Positions 26,860-39,500 are shown, counted from the first letter of the whole stretch. The stretch: 63,985 bases of DNA, filler included, from Lenisia limosa (GCA_001655205.1; 15 parts of 15 records of this genome joined end to end with filler, not necessarily neighbours in it); one strand, 5' to 3'. The notes: generated by a model not told the origin, from the letters alone. A program made the numbers and translations.

Positions 26860-27780
26860 AGATTTAGGATGGGGCGCTGTCGAAAACCAGCCCTGAATGT
26901 CGCTGACATAGATGTTGAGAAGACGTCTGGGAAAATCACCGATAATTGCTTAAAGCAGCCGCTGATATTTATAATCTTACTTCTGATTCGACATATGAAA
27001 TGTCCTCGTTTCAGGTATTTCCAACCCCAAGTGTGTTCATATCCCACACCACCCTCTCGTTGTCAATTGAAATCAAGAGGAAGCAGTATGTTGAAGTCAA
27101 GCTAGCTGGAGGAGTTCTCGAATACAAGTGAACTGGATTACCAGCGACAACGGGCAACAAATGTAGGATTTCATTCAATTGTGACATTTTCCTATCATTT
27201 TCACCTTTCCAGCCCGAAAATTGTGCAAAGAATTAAAATATCGATCTGCATTGAGAATAGCGGCCCACAAACTTCTGTTGAGTCTTCAAAATATCAAACC
27301 CAGAAATTCAAACAAAGTGGGTGTGTATGTAGGAGAGAGTCGCTCAGCAAATAATAATCAATACAAATTTGATTCTTTTCTAAAAGCTCTAGGGCATCTA
27401 TCAAGATGTTCAGTGTTGCAGGCACTGCGGAGTTGTGTGTCAGTCGAGTTATCACAATGACAAGATACGGATTTGATGAAGAATTTGAAAAAGGTTTGAG
27501 TGATGGGTCTTTTATTTGACAACAATTTTCAAAGCTTAATGTGTCTCATTTGTGTGGCAAAGGAATTTGGAAAAGAGGAACTGGATGGTTTTCAAACCAT
27601 TTAGGCACTATGCCTACCGCCTTCTGTTACCTGGCTTTACACTCATTTCTGATAGATGTTACAAAATAAGATCATTGTTTTGTTGACATTCCAGTTTTCA
27701 GTACTCATGCTGTCGGCGAAGTTGAAGGATATTTTGAAACGTGGGACCCAAAAGGCACCACAAGCCAAATAGGAAAATGA
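26860..27780 (+). pseudogene. Decayed Cys-containing ORF, possibly a KDZ-type transposase cysteine cluster
   Basis: Fragments VQCCRHCGVVC and GWFSNHLGTMPTAFCYLALHSF resemble the GWF..T..PxTAF...L..F pattern of KDZ-associated CxC domains. Many stops. Confidence 0.25.
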
Positions 27781-30700
27781 ATTTTCCGGAAACATGTGTA
27801 CAATACAGTTAATAGTATCCTAAGAAGGAAAAATAAACACCAGAAGGACAATAAAGAGGTTTAGTAAATAAAAAGAAGCAAATTTTGAAAACATTAATAA
27901 ATCCCAAGGTTTATGCGGAGCAGCATATTTGATAATAGTATATCATATGATATAATATACGATACAATGTATATTATATCAAATAATAACTATCCTGCGG
28001 AATTATCCCCAAGAGTTAATCTCATTACTTTTATGCATTTTTTGACAGAATAAAAAAAAAATGGACTGATCCACCTAAAGTAGAAATATTTGAACAAAAC
28101 CTCTGTTGGAAATGAAAACCATGCAAGAGCGTGGACCGGTTATCTTCCGCCCTGCTCCTTCTTAGTTATGGTTTTTGTCGGGCCAAGTTCCCCATCGTCC
28201 CCAAGACTGAGAGTAAAACAATAATGTATTTGACTTGGAGTACGTACCCTGACAATAAAAGAATGGAGAGTTACAAGGGAAATTAGAGATTTGACACAAT
28301 TGGGTGATGATAAACAGTACAACCAAAGATGCCGTTAACGTATCTTTGTGTTGGTATTCAAGACAGAATATGATAATGCAACGCGATATTCAGCTTTATT
28401 TGGGATGTCAGGGACAATTTTCAAAAAAACATGTACCACGAGAAATCAGCCCCGATAAAGTGATGAAGGGGAGACCTTAAAGACATGCCCTAATCCATCA
28501 AAGAAACCAACCATTAAACGTGGGTATTTAGGGTTTTACAAAAACTCTGAAAACAGTCAGACACCCTATCAAGAACCGCGTGGAGACACCCAACCTCAGT
28601 AAGGAAGCCTTGATGAAGGAGACCTTCCACTGCGTCTTCTCTGGATCTGCGTTCAATTCCTTTCGGTTTGTTGAACAATGTGTTCCGATAGATAGGAACT
28701 TCAGAATCAGGTCACCAGCGAAGGGAATTGTTTCCCCTGTTGCTGAAAACAATTTCTTACGGTGAGGTACTAACATACCACACTGTTGACCATTCATACT
28801 ACTTCTGACTTATGATATAGCAACCCCAGAATCCAACAACACATGGGACTTTCAAGTATAAAACCAATTAGCCCACTCCAGGTCAACATGACTATGCTTT
28901 CTTGGTCATGAGTTTCGCCGCGAAACTTGCTCTATCCAAAAGAAGTTGTCTGGATATTAGGTTTCTCTTATTTGATTTTTTTTTTTTTGATGTTATTTTT
29001 TTTGAATAAAAAACTCTTTTTGATGTTCATTGATTGACACACACCCACCACTACGAATAACACACTTCAACCACACACAATACCAAGTAAATGAAAGTGT
29101 ATTTCAGAAAAATTACACGTACACAGACCGGACAAAGTCTACAAGAGGAAGTGTAACCTTTTACCGACAACACCGAAAAACTCCACAGCCAACCAACGAT
29201 ACGCTACACTCATTGCAGATAAGGGTGGAAGGGGATGGAAGAGGCGAGAAGCTCACGCAAGGCAACATCCTCTAAAAATTGTAAATAAACTAACAAAAAC
29301 AAATCCTGAGGAAGAACCCTTTAACGCTCAAGTTCTCACCAGAAAATGCATCGAATTTGAGCTGGGATGCTGCAAAACTCTCCAAGACTTTGCCAATTTT
29401 CATCGTCATCGACAACGTATCCCTCTCCTCGCTTGTCCCAACAGTGGTGTCAAAGACTCATCGTTAACATGTTCAAGTCGTGTAAACTATCTAACATTGA
29501 CAGCTTTACTAAAGATGGGAAACCACATTTAGACACTTGTCTTCAAAAAAAGAGATGTATTTTGAAAAACAAAATATTCAAAAGGGATTCCATTTTATTC
29601 CGACAGCTTCTTGCTTACTTAACTAAAAGGTCAAAAAGGTTTAAATTAAATACATTAATTTTTAAATGTGAGTCCCATAACCAGTTTGCTTTCCTTGAAC
29701 GACCACCTTAATAGAGTTGTTAGAGACATAACATTTTGATAGAATATGGCAAGCTGCCCAAACCATGCATTACATTATTTTGGACCACTTATGGACATGC
29801 TGCCGTAATTGTACCAGTGTATATGCTCAAGGTCCAAAATTATGTCGATAATTATTTACCGTCGCCAAATCTCCCTTCAAAACTGTAATATATTTCTGCG
29901 ATATACACACTTTATTTGTTTATGAAAGGAAACAAAGAAAAAAATTAACCTTTCACAAGTTTTCTTTTTTTTTTTTTTTTGCAAGATCGGTTTCCGTTTT
30001 TGTTTTAACTGTTATCACCTTGAAGGACCAAACGACACCGCATCAACACCCTCACCGCTTGTCTCTCCGATACCCCAGTCAAGGCCGCTTCACTTGGCAA
30101 CATTTGAAAGCCTGCTGAGACTGTCTCCAAGAGCACCATGCATTCAAAAAATTTATCAAAAAGACCAGATATGGAAAAATTCCGATGAACCTCCACCTTA
30201 AAACAGAGTTATGTCCTTAGATGAGGAATTGGGCCACCACATAAGAGGAATGCGTAAGTGGGGACATAACTCTAGATGAGGAATTGGGCCACCACATAAG
30301 CCTTAGCACTGTGGAGGTGGTATACGTTGCCTCCAGATAAGGAGACACTGTCTCCAGTGGAAAAAAGACGCTCATTGAGCCAGCCTAAAATTTAATTATA
30401 GCAGAGGGAAAACAAAAAAAAACAATATTCGGGTTGATTAAAAAGGGAGGTGCACCCCAGCTTTTCTGTCACGTAACCTATTTTTGGCCCTTATCTGTTT
30501 TTATCGTATATGCTTTGTTATCAGTTTATATAGCATATTAAAATGTTTGACAGTACCACCTTAAAGCGGACCGCTAAACCAGAATGAAACCTCGGAGTAA
30601 GGATTTTTCCATGGATTTGGGTTACAAATTTGACTTCTTTTAACCACAATTCATGGATTTGGGACTCGGAAGATTACGTTATGAATCTGGTTTGGAGACC

Positions 30701-31441
30701 TGCTTTAATTGCACATTAATTGTCTAATATCATATAGATCCCAACATATTCAGTGCAGATAAAGGTTTTCTGACATTTGTGAGGCTGTTCTTTCCACTGG
30801 AACAGACGTCGTAGTCGCAAGGCTACGTTATCATAGCCCATTCATTTCCTTTAAATCATCACAAGAATATAGTTAAGTGATGACGCATGTGGCAGGTGTA
30901 CAGAGGGATTGGGGGTCACCTGTTTTGGGTGGCTGCAAGCCATTTTTTCCCTTTATAGAATTTTCATGTCTGGACTGTTTTATATGATAAACTACCTGCG
31001 GAATTATCCCGATTACAATTATTTACGCAATCATTTCCATATACTGTATACATATCATTAATTGTGTACAGCGCAGAATGTGACTGACCAAGGCTATATG
31101 AGGCCAAAATTGCATATAATATAAAAATGGAAGTGTTGGTTGCGCGTAGTTGCAATAGTCATTTAAATCCTCAAATATTAAGCTTAAACCCTAAAAGGAA
31201 AACAAAGCAAAATCTAAAAACCTCCAAAATTGGAACACCCGAAAAAATTACCCCGAAGTTTTGATGCGATATTTGGGTCATTAATTACTTAATTTTTGCA
31301 AAATCAAAAAAAAAGGACTGAACCACCTTAAAGTTAAAGGATGATCACGCAATATGATGCTATGAAAGGAAACGTTCCAAAAATTCAGTGCCTCAAGATT
31401 GATTACAGGTTTTCCCAGAAACAAAGCACAAAAACTCTTAC

Positions 31442-32690
31442 TTCATCAATAATCACATAATCATATTTCATCAGAGTTCTATCACTAAGAATCATTTGCC
31501 TCAGCACTCCTAGTTAATTAAAGATACGGAATCATACCTAATGTGACAACTAAAATAGAAGTTTGGTCCCAACAGGCTTTTCTTCCACCAATTTGAAATC
31601 CAACATCAGAGCCGAGTCTGACACCTTTCTGTTTCGCGATATGTCGTGCAACTGATACTGCTCCAACTCTCCGTGGTTGAGAAAGCAGAATTTTCGTGGC
31701 TTTATTTGTAGAGGCCTCAAGCAGATATTGAGCCACTGGTTAACCGTATTGAAAACCTTGTGTACTTTTACCAGAACCAGTTTCTCCAGCAATAATTACA
31801 ACCTGATTGTCTTGGATCAGTTTAAGAATGACATTTCTGTATTGATATATTGGCAATTGGGATCTTTCCTGAAAAGTGCCCTTGAGATATTTCAGTCTCA
31901 GTGCAAATTCAACTCTAAAAAAAACCTTCTCTTTTAACTGAAAGGCTAAATGTATCATTTATTAAAATTGCCTCTTTGCTCTCATTGCCTCATAAGACTT
32001 CTGAAAAATACAAGCCTTGTTGACAACTTCCATTTCATCAGATGATAATTTTGGAATTAAATGAGTTTCTTCAATCCTTCTAACTCCACCTTCTAACCTG
32101 ATGTAGATTTCACTCATTAAAAAATTACAAAAATACCGAAAACGATTTCGATGGTAAAGTGGGTAGCCATTTGATGAAATTTTTACAGCTCCAATTCTTA
32201 ACCATAGTACACATAATTCAACCCTATTTCCAAATTGTTTTAAAAAATCCTTATCCAGGTCATCTTCAACTGCAACAGGAATGAATATACACTCATAATC
32301 ACGAATAGGAGGCATATGTTCGTTAAAAACAGAATCAATTGCCTTTCTAGCCTCATCTTTATCTCTAAATCGAAAAGGTACACCTATTCAAAAACAATAA
32401 AACCACCTCGGACATAACCATCATCATTAACTCCAAATACAAGATCACCACCTTCAGTATTCGCAAAAGCGTTTCCAAAAATGGGAGTTATTTGCCGGAC
32501 ATAAGCCGAAATATCTTTTTCATATGCTGCAGACTATAACCATAGAAAGTAAAACCTTATATTCCATGTGCTTTGTTTCTTCAAACCCAAAAAAATGTCT
32601 TCTGACCAGCTTGGCTGGAATTAGTGGTTGCTGCCTTTGAAATTTAACTCTTGTAAGCAACTCTGGAGCATTTGGGAAAGGTATCTCCAT
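31442..32690 (-). CDS. Schlafen/AlbA_2 domain followed in frame by a DExH (DEAH/RHA) helicase N-terminus; truncated; ultrashort introns
   Basis: FFGFEETKHMEYK|22-nt intron|..GNAFANTEGGDLVFGVNDDGYVR|23-nt intron|GVPF is AlbA_2. ERSQLPIYQYR..IIAGETGSGKSTQ|21 nt|VAQYLLE..SQPRRVGAVSVARHIA..GSDVGFQIG..VTL|28 nt|GVLRQ..YDYVIIDE is DEAH. TAATAA at about 31959-31964 separates the two parts. Confidence 0.8.
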
Positions 32691-35600
32691 TTTGAATGTT
32701 GAATTGTGATTTTTTTTATTTTATGAGAAACATGTGTGGGGCTCTGGGTCAATCCGGCTCGTGTTACTTACTGCTTTTTGAACTAAGACAACGTGAAATT
32801 TAACACCTTTTTTCATGCGTATTTAGATAGTTGATTATTGTTAGCACATAATACCTGGTGCTGTGGTCTGACCTTTCATTTTTTTTCTATCGCACCTATC
32901 ACGGCCTATGTTCTTTCTTTTTTATGTGTTCTGTAAGGTACAACAAAAAGGCAAAACTCACCTCCAATGCAACTCAAACGGAAACGGTTGAGTAGAAATT
33001 ATTCCCCAAATTCACAGTTGCATCGGAGGACTTTGGCGGATTCATCTACGAATAATACTTTAGTCAGATTTGCGCCGATATGTTGGCCTTTTTTAAAGGG
33101 CTTGCCGGTTTTGTTAAAGGTTGAAAATTTGCAAAATGGTTGGCCTGGCTCATGTCTTTTGATTTGTGGGAAAAGACAATTCTTTCATTGAGAAGGATCA
33201 GAGTAATGCAGGGAGGCCAATAAACTAGCTACGTCCCGGCATTTCCCGTATATTATTATTTTTGTCAGAACTTTGTCTTTTATGAGCGAGCGAAGCAAGC
33301 GAGCGCAAATTTTGAGGTTAAAACGGGTGGATACCCTGTTCTCGTCAACAACGAAGCAATCTTGTCCTGCTAAGAACTTTCTTCAACACATTTGTGGCCA
33401 CAAGGAAGGGGAGGGACTTTCCTGAGCCTGGAGGGGTAAAGCCTCCCCAAAACATTTTTCTGGATATCAGAAAGTCTTTGGAGGACAAAGGACTCAAGGA
33501 GGGGGGGGGGGGATGGGAGGAAGAGCCGCNNNNNNNNNNNNNNNNNNNNNNNNNNNNNNNNNNNNNNNNNNNNNTAAACCGAAAATAGCACAATCCTCAT
33601 CTTCAGAGTCGGAGTCAAGCAGAAAAGTCTGACCAGACTGACCAACTGTTGTCATTCTGATATGCTGGCTAAGTGATGATGTTAAAAAATAAAATACTGT
33701 TTCAAAACATTTTTGTTTGAGAATTGGAATAGTATTCGAAAAGATAGGGCGAGTGAAGGTCAGACCCCCATCCCTGATCCTATTTTACCTCCATGAAAGC
33801 ACCAGCCAATTAGAGTGGGAGATCAGAATGCCGTCACAGGTTAGTGCATAATTATCCCGGTGTCTCCTTCCTTTCAGAGTACACTTAAAATCACCTTTAA
33901 ATTGTTATTTTCAGTAAATATTATGGGGGGAAAGGCTTGTTTCGCATTTGGGTGCAAGAACGACATCAAACAACGTGTTGGGCTCGGTATAAAGAAAACC
34001 ATTGACCAACTCTGAGAAGCGAATTGGTACCATCTGAAATGCGAACATATCATGGTACTTCGAACAATTTGTCGAGCCACGACCACGCTTCGGATCCATT
34101 TTCGCACGTTTTTGCAGCTAGCTGGGTAATCATTAGTCATGTTATTTGATGAATATTGAGATGTGTACTGTAATTGAATGAAACTCTCTTTTTGATTTTT
34201 TCTTCAGATGAGTTGTATGTAAATGTACTATGAATACGCAATATTCGTGGCATCATAATTTCGCCTTCCACACTCAACCTCGATCATTGGTGTTCGCTCG
34301 CCAAAATGCGAATGTTGCACCCTTGGCTGTTGCATTTTTCGCAGTTAATCAGGGCCTCTTCGAAAGATGCCTGAAGAGAGGCTAACTCCACCATCATGAC
34401 TTGTTGGCTGTAGTAATGAAGATGCTGCCATGTGATTTTACACTTTATTAGACTGGGTATCTGGAAACCACTTGTCAGTACCATATCAGATGAATAAAAC
34501 TCAAAATATATCAACACAATCATTAACACAGTAATGGATGTAAACAAGGATTTAGGTAGTTTATTAACTACTTTTGGAGGGGTTGCTGCAGATGAGTTCT
34601 CTTAATTGTGTAAATTTCATATATAGTATACCATATACTGTATGTATACGTGTAATATACCAAAAAATATTCGTGGTTAAAGTCTCATGGCACATAAAAC
34701 TGTTAAAATCTTAACAAACAGAGAACATACACATACATATTGAAGAAGCTTTGTGCAGTTTCTTCACCTGGCTGGTGAGTTGGTCTTCATGGAAGTCTGT
34801 CGCATTCGTCACGACAGGGTTGTGCATCGGAGTGACGTGGTGGATGTGGTAAGGGAGTCCTTTTTGCCTGGAACTGCTTTTGGTTTCTCCTTCTCCGGTG
34901 ATCTGAAAAAAGTTTTCCGAGGAGCTGCAACGGTTGGTGTTACAGTAGGAGCCTGGTTCTTGTCATAAAAAACAGACTTGTTAAACAATATAATCAGTCT
35001 TTGTTGAGAAATCTGGATATCACTGGACCTTATGGACAAAATGAAATGTTATTTCTAGAGTCTGTGATATCCAATTTACGTACGTGGATCTTACAATCCC
35101 TACGGAACCGCGTTTGTTTAAACAAAAACAAAGAGAAGAAGAGTGATATGATATGAAGAAGTCCGGAGGAGGGCAGATCTATCATATCTGAATGGAAAGG
35201 ACACAAATGGCGTGAACGTAATGCAAAGACAACAATTGAGGGATAGCAAATTGGCTGCTTTTTGGAGCATGGGGTGTATATACATTCTTTACATGGGGGA
35301 GCATTTTTTTCGGGTCAACCACAGAGTTTCTCTAGGTAGGTTGCACCAACTCACACTATACTAATAATTCAAATAGTTTATCTTTCCGCTTTATTATGGT
35401 GCGAAAAGCTTTATACAAGTTGTAAGTGTTGTTTGGATACTGGTTAGGCGACTGGCAACTCTTGAAAAGAAAAAGAAGGGTGCCCAAAAACAGTATTAAC
35501 CGTGTACACGAAACTTTTTCGGGAAACCTCTGGGAAACCTTACCTATACCCTTAAAACATACAAACTTCTGGTCAATGGAAATATTATTAACATAATTAT

Positions 35601-35813
35601 TAACCCTATTACCCCTATTTAAGGCGCCAAGGCGAAAGCTCTCGTTAGCTCCGCGACAGAAAAAACCCTCACCTTCGAACCTCGCCTTTGGCTTCGGGTT
35701 TTCCTTATAGGAAACAATTTTTAAGCAGAACTAGATGCAAACCCAGCCCTAGGCTAAAATGTAAATTGAAAACAAAAACATATATTAACTGGATTTTTCA
35801 AATGGTTATTTAT

Positions 35814-37005
35814 CTAAATAGGGAATAAATTCAAATTTGAAAAGTAGTCAATCATTTCAGTTATCCCATCTTCAGTAATCTGTGTTAATAATAATAGAAG
35901 CAAACTTCAGGATGGTCAAATTCAAAACCAGTCTCCTCTAGTCTTGAACCATCTACCGAGAGGGAATTATTCAACAGTAATTCAGTATCCAAATAAGGTG
36001 AAAGTGGTGTATTCAAGATATTAAAACGCTGATAAAGATATATAATAAAAAAACTTTACACATTTCTGACCAAGGTTGCATGTGCTTTTCATTAATAGAT
36101 TCAACAGTTTCAGCGAAAGAAAAAGTTTTAACAATATGACTCTTCAATAGACCCACACATGAGGCCTCAATATCAAAAACATTTTTTACAAGAGAACAAA
36201 TTTTTGATTGATCAAGTAAAAGTCACAATCAACCTAAATCAGAATGATCAACAATATTATATAAAATTTCTGAATTGTTAAGTGTGGTAAGATGCCAAAG
36301 AGCACGAACAACATCAAGGACATGAACACAGTTAACTTTAAGATCAGGCAACATCACATAAGAGAAAAAAACTGCCCAGAGAAATTTCATTTCTTCTTTT
36401 AATTCCTTGTAAACGGTGGCACAAATCAATCTTGGCACGGATTATATATAACATATACTTAAAGAGGATACATCTCCAGGTCCATAAATATAGGCAGGTC
36501 TCATTACCTTGTACCGCAAATTGGGGATGTTTTTTAATTCATTCTCAACTTTCATTTTTGCGATAGCAATATTAGTCCAAGGTTCAAGTTTGTCATTTTC
36601 ACAAGAAGGTTTCTTGTTGGCTGTATAGAGTTGACAGCTGGACATTTCAATGAACAACTCAACCCCACACTTTGCTGCCATTTCAGCACAACCAACAGAT
36701 AGATCTACTATCCCAGAGGCATAAACCGCATCACTCTGGGAGTACTTCATTTCACCTGCCAAATTAAAAACATATTTGAAATTCCCAATAAACACTGAAG
36801 AGACTGTAGCTGCTTGGGTTAGGTTTCCTTGGACAAACTCCACAGTTTCATCATTAAATGCTTCAATAAATTCCTCATTCAAATAGGCCATAGATGGGAT
36901 CACCTTATCTACAACTCTTATACGACTACAAATAGCAAGATCAACAAGATACTTCACCAAATGCCTTCCAACAAATCCCGTTCCTCCAAGTATCAAAACA
37001 TCCAT
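35814..37005 (-). CDS. NAD-dependent epimerase/dehydratase (extended SDR), with five 21-26 nt introns
   Basis: MDVLILGGTGFVGRHLV (GxxGxxG), MRPAYIYGPGD, PRLICATVYKELKEEMKFLW, NCVHVLDVVRALWH, EKHMQPWSEMC, NTPLSPYLDTELL and YFSNLNLFPI*. Introns at 36438-36458, 36349-36372, 36213-36233, 36029-36054 and 35880-35905. Confidence 0.88.
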
Positions 37006-37369
37006 TTTCAGATATATCTATATCAAATATCAAAATATGAGCAAAATCACACAGGCACTCTGGACCAGGGTGCCAGCGATGAGGGGTACCAGGCATGATC
37101 CCTGATCTTTAATAATTTTCGCTGATGTTTCCTGATGTAAATTTTTTTNNNNNNNNNNNNNNNNNNNNNNNNNNNNNNNNNNNNNNNNNNNNNNNNNNNN
37201 NNNNNNNNNNNNNNNNNNNNNNNNNNNNNNNNNNNNNNNNNNNNNNNNNNNNNNNNNNNNNNNNNNNNNNNNNNNNNNNNNNNNNNNNNNNNNNNNAGTT
37301 CGCACATCTCGCTTTAATACTGAGTTCTTGGCAGAGAGACAGAGCTTGTTCGTCTATATAATAGTTAAT

Positions 37370-38700
37370 GTCAACCAACATGGAGGGAAAGAACACCAGA
37401 GAGACTGGCCATGAAAGCCTCCGATGCAGCTGGTCCCTTAACCGAATGGTCTGTTCGGAGCTTCACCAGGGATCTATTCAATGCTCTTCCCCAAAACATC
37501 CTTTTGGGAATTGTCCATGTGATTCTTGATGTAACTAAACATATGGGGGTCAAAAACAAAACAAAATCGTGATGATTTGTCTAACATCAAAATTACTCAC
37601 CGTGGTATATGTCCTGGACAACTTTTAGGTTGGACGCTAGGTACCTAGCTTCCTGGGAGCTGCACCCACACTCTTCTAGTGCCTCCTCGGCTGCTCTTCG
37701 AATCCAATTCTGGTCGCCGGCAGCGTTGTCAGTATCTACCACCTAAAAGTAAACCACTCATTAACGTTCATACATCACCCTTGCAATTGTCGTACTAACA
37801 TACCAAGAGCGAGCCTTTTCTCTTCTCCTTAATGATCGACTTGAAAGTTTTTTCAGATGTGGCTTGAGTGGCGCCTCGGATTGATTCGGAACAGACACAC
37901 ATTTGAAAGGAATAGCTACAAAGTTAACAGAAGAAGTAAAAGTTACTATCACTGGGTATACTCTTATCGTTGATAGTCAATGCATAGCATGTTAGATATG
38001 CTGTTGCCGATTTTTTCTTGTTGTCCGGTGTATCTTCCTCATCACTGGAAGCAGTATCATCAGCATCTCTTTCTTCAGTGTAAAAGACGGATTGCTTGGT
38101 GATGGCTTCTGATACACTGTAAATTCCTTATACGCTTTCTCTCTCCCCAAGCGGAAGTGCCCTAATGAATTCCAAGAGGTTCTTTCGGACTTCTTTGTGT
38201 TCAAGTTTATCTGCTGTGAAGACCAAAGAGTCCTGGAGAAGCTTCCACTGTATGTAATCCCAGGAAAGCAGATCAAGAGGAACAAAGTCGGTTACAACTT
38301 CACCATCTCATCACAGTATGTCTTTCCACTTGTTGTGATACCTTTCTCTTGGTGAGTTACACTACTGCTCCTTACCTTGAACAATATCAACAGAAAATAT
38401 TTTTCAACTCAAAATGGCGTCAAATAGCGAGGCATAAGACTTTGCTTGTTCCTGGCTCTGAAATGTACGTTCTACTTGTGTCAAGCAATAGAAGAGATAT
38501 CTCATTCTTATGTCCAGGATTTAGTCTCATATTGGAGATTAGCGCATCTTCCAGTTGGCAATTATGTACTTCCATAACTCTTGTAAGGTTTGCATCTCTG
38601 CAAAACTTAAAGTTGTAAAACAAAACAGGGTACTCTACCTCTCTTTGAATTAAATTGATAATATCACCAGAGAAGAGATATTTACCTTGTTTTACCACGC
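37370..38700 (-). mobile_element. Spliced putative transposase, DUF6729-like, partly decayed
   Basis: ..SVPNQSEAPLKPHLKKLSSRS..WYV|DTDNAAGD..KVVQDIYH|VTSRITWTIPK..FMASLSGVL matches my recollection of the pattern LYVDxDCC..LDI(W/F)HxxxR..F..RLS. Confidence 0.45.
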
Positions 38701-39127
38701 TTGGTAAACCGGACAGGTGCAGCTCCGCACCGTCCGCCCATTTTGAATTTTCATGATTCTAGACAAAAATAAAAAGAAAAATAGTAAAAACAAACTGCCA
38801 ATTAGGGTACTCGTGTTATCCCAGAATGGGTGCATTATAGGCGCCGAATTTGAACAACCGCCGCAGTATCAATCCCAACGAAATGATAATAGTCAAATCC
38901 ATCCTTGAATATGTCGCAATCCTCCATGGGGTGGCCGCATGACTGGAACACAGTGGTATTGTAAGCATACTGAGAGAATGATTTTGATTTCAACTCAATG
39001 AAAGGAATGGTGAAGTGGTGAATCCAGTAGACTGAAACACTAATTGGCCAAATGTGTCCAGTTCGGTGAAGTTGATAGACTAGATCCATGATGAGCATCG
39101 ATCACAACTTGTGGTGAAGTTGATAAA

Positions 39128-39500
39128 CCCGACACCCGATTGTTTTTGTCGGGTCTAAATCGGGTTTCCTTGTCCACGCCCTTGTGCTCTCTTCCCCCAC
39201 CTTTCCAACACCTTTCGAAGCCAAATAGCCAAGTAGTAATATTTATTAGTGTAACGGGGATATATCGCGAAGAATCCAGTACATTGCCATGACGTCATGA
39301 TGTCGCCACCCACACCCGATTTTTTGTCGGGTTCAAGTTTCCTTGTTCACGCCCTGTTTTCCCCTTTCCCTTTTCCACCTTGAGAAGACAAATATTGATA
39401 ATTATTAGTGTAACGGCACTAGCTAGAGGGAGAGGTGACATGACGTCATGAGGTCGCCACTTTAACTCGTTCCCGGAGACAACACCCGATTTTTTGTGTC
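39128..39500. repeat. Three roughly 175-bp periodic subterminal repeats upstream of the DUF6729-like ORF
   Basis: cacccgatt(g/t)tttt at 39133, 39313 and 39483. The blocks attagtgtaacgg and catgacgtcatgaNgtcgccac each occur twice. Confidence 0.75.

Noticed and set aside
32636-32661. Possible extra ultrashort intron near the AlbA_2 start
   Set aside because: On recount the frame is open from the ATG at 32690 to the EYK motif, so no intron is needed.
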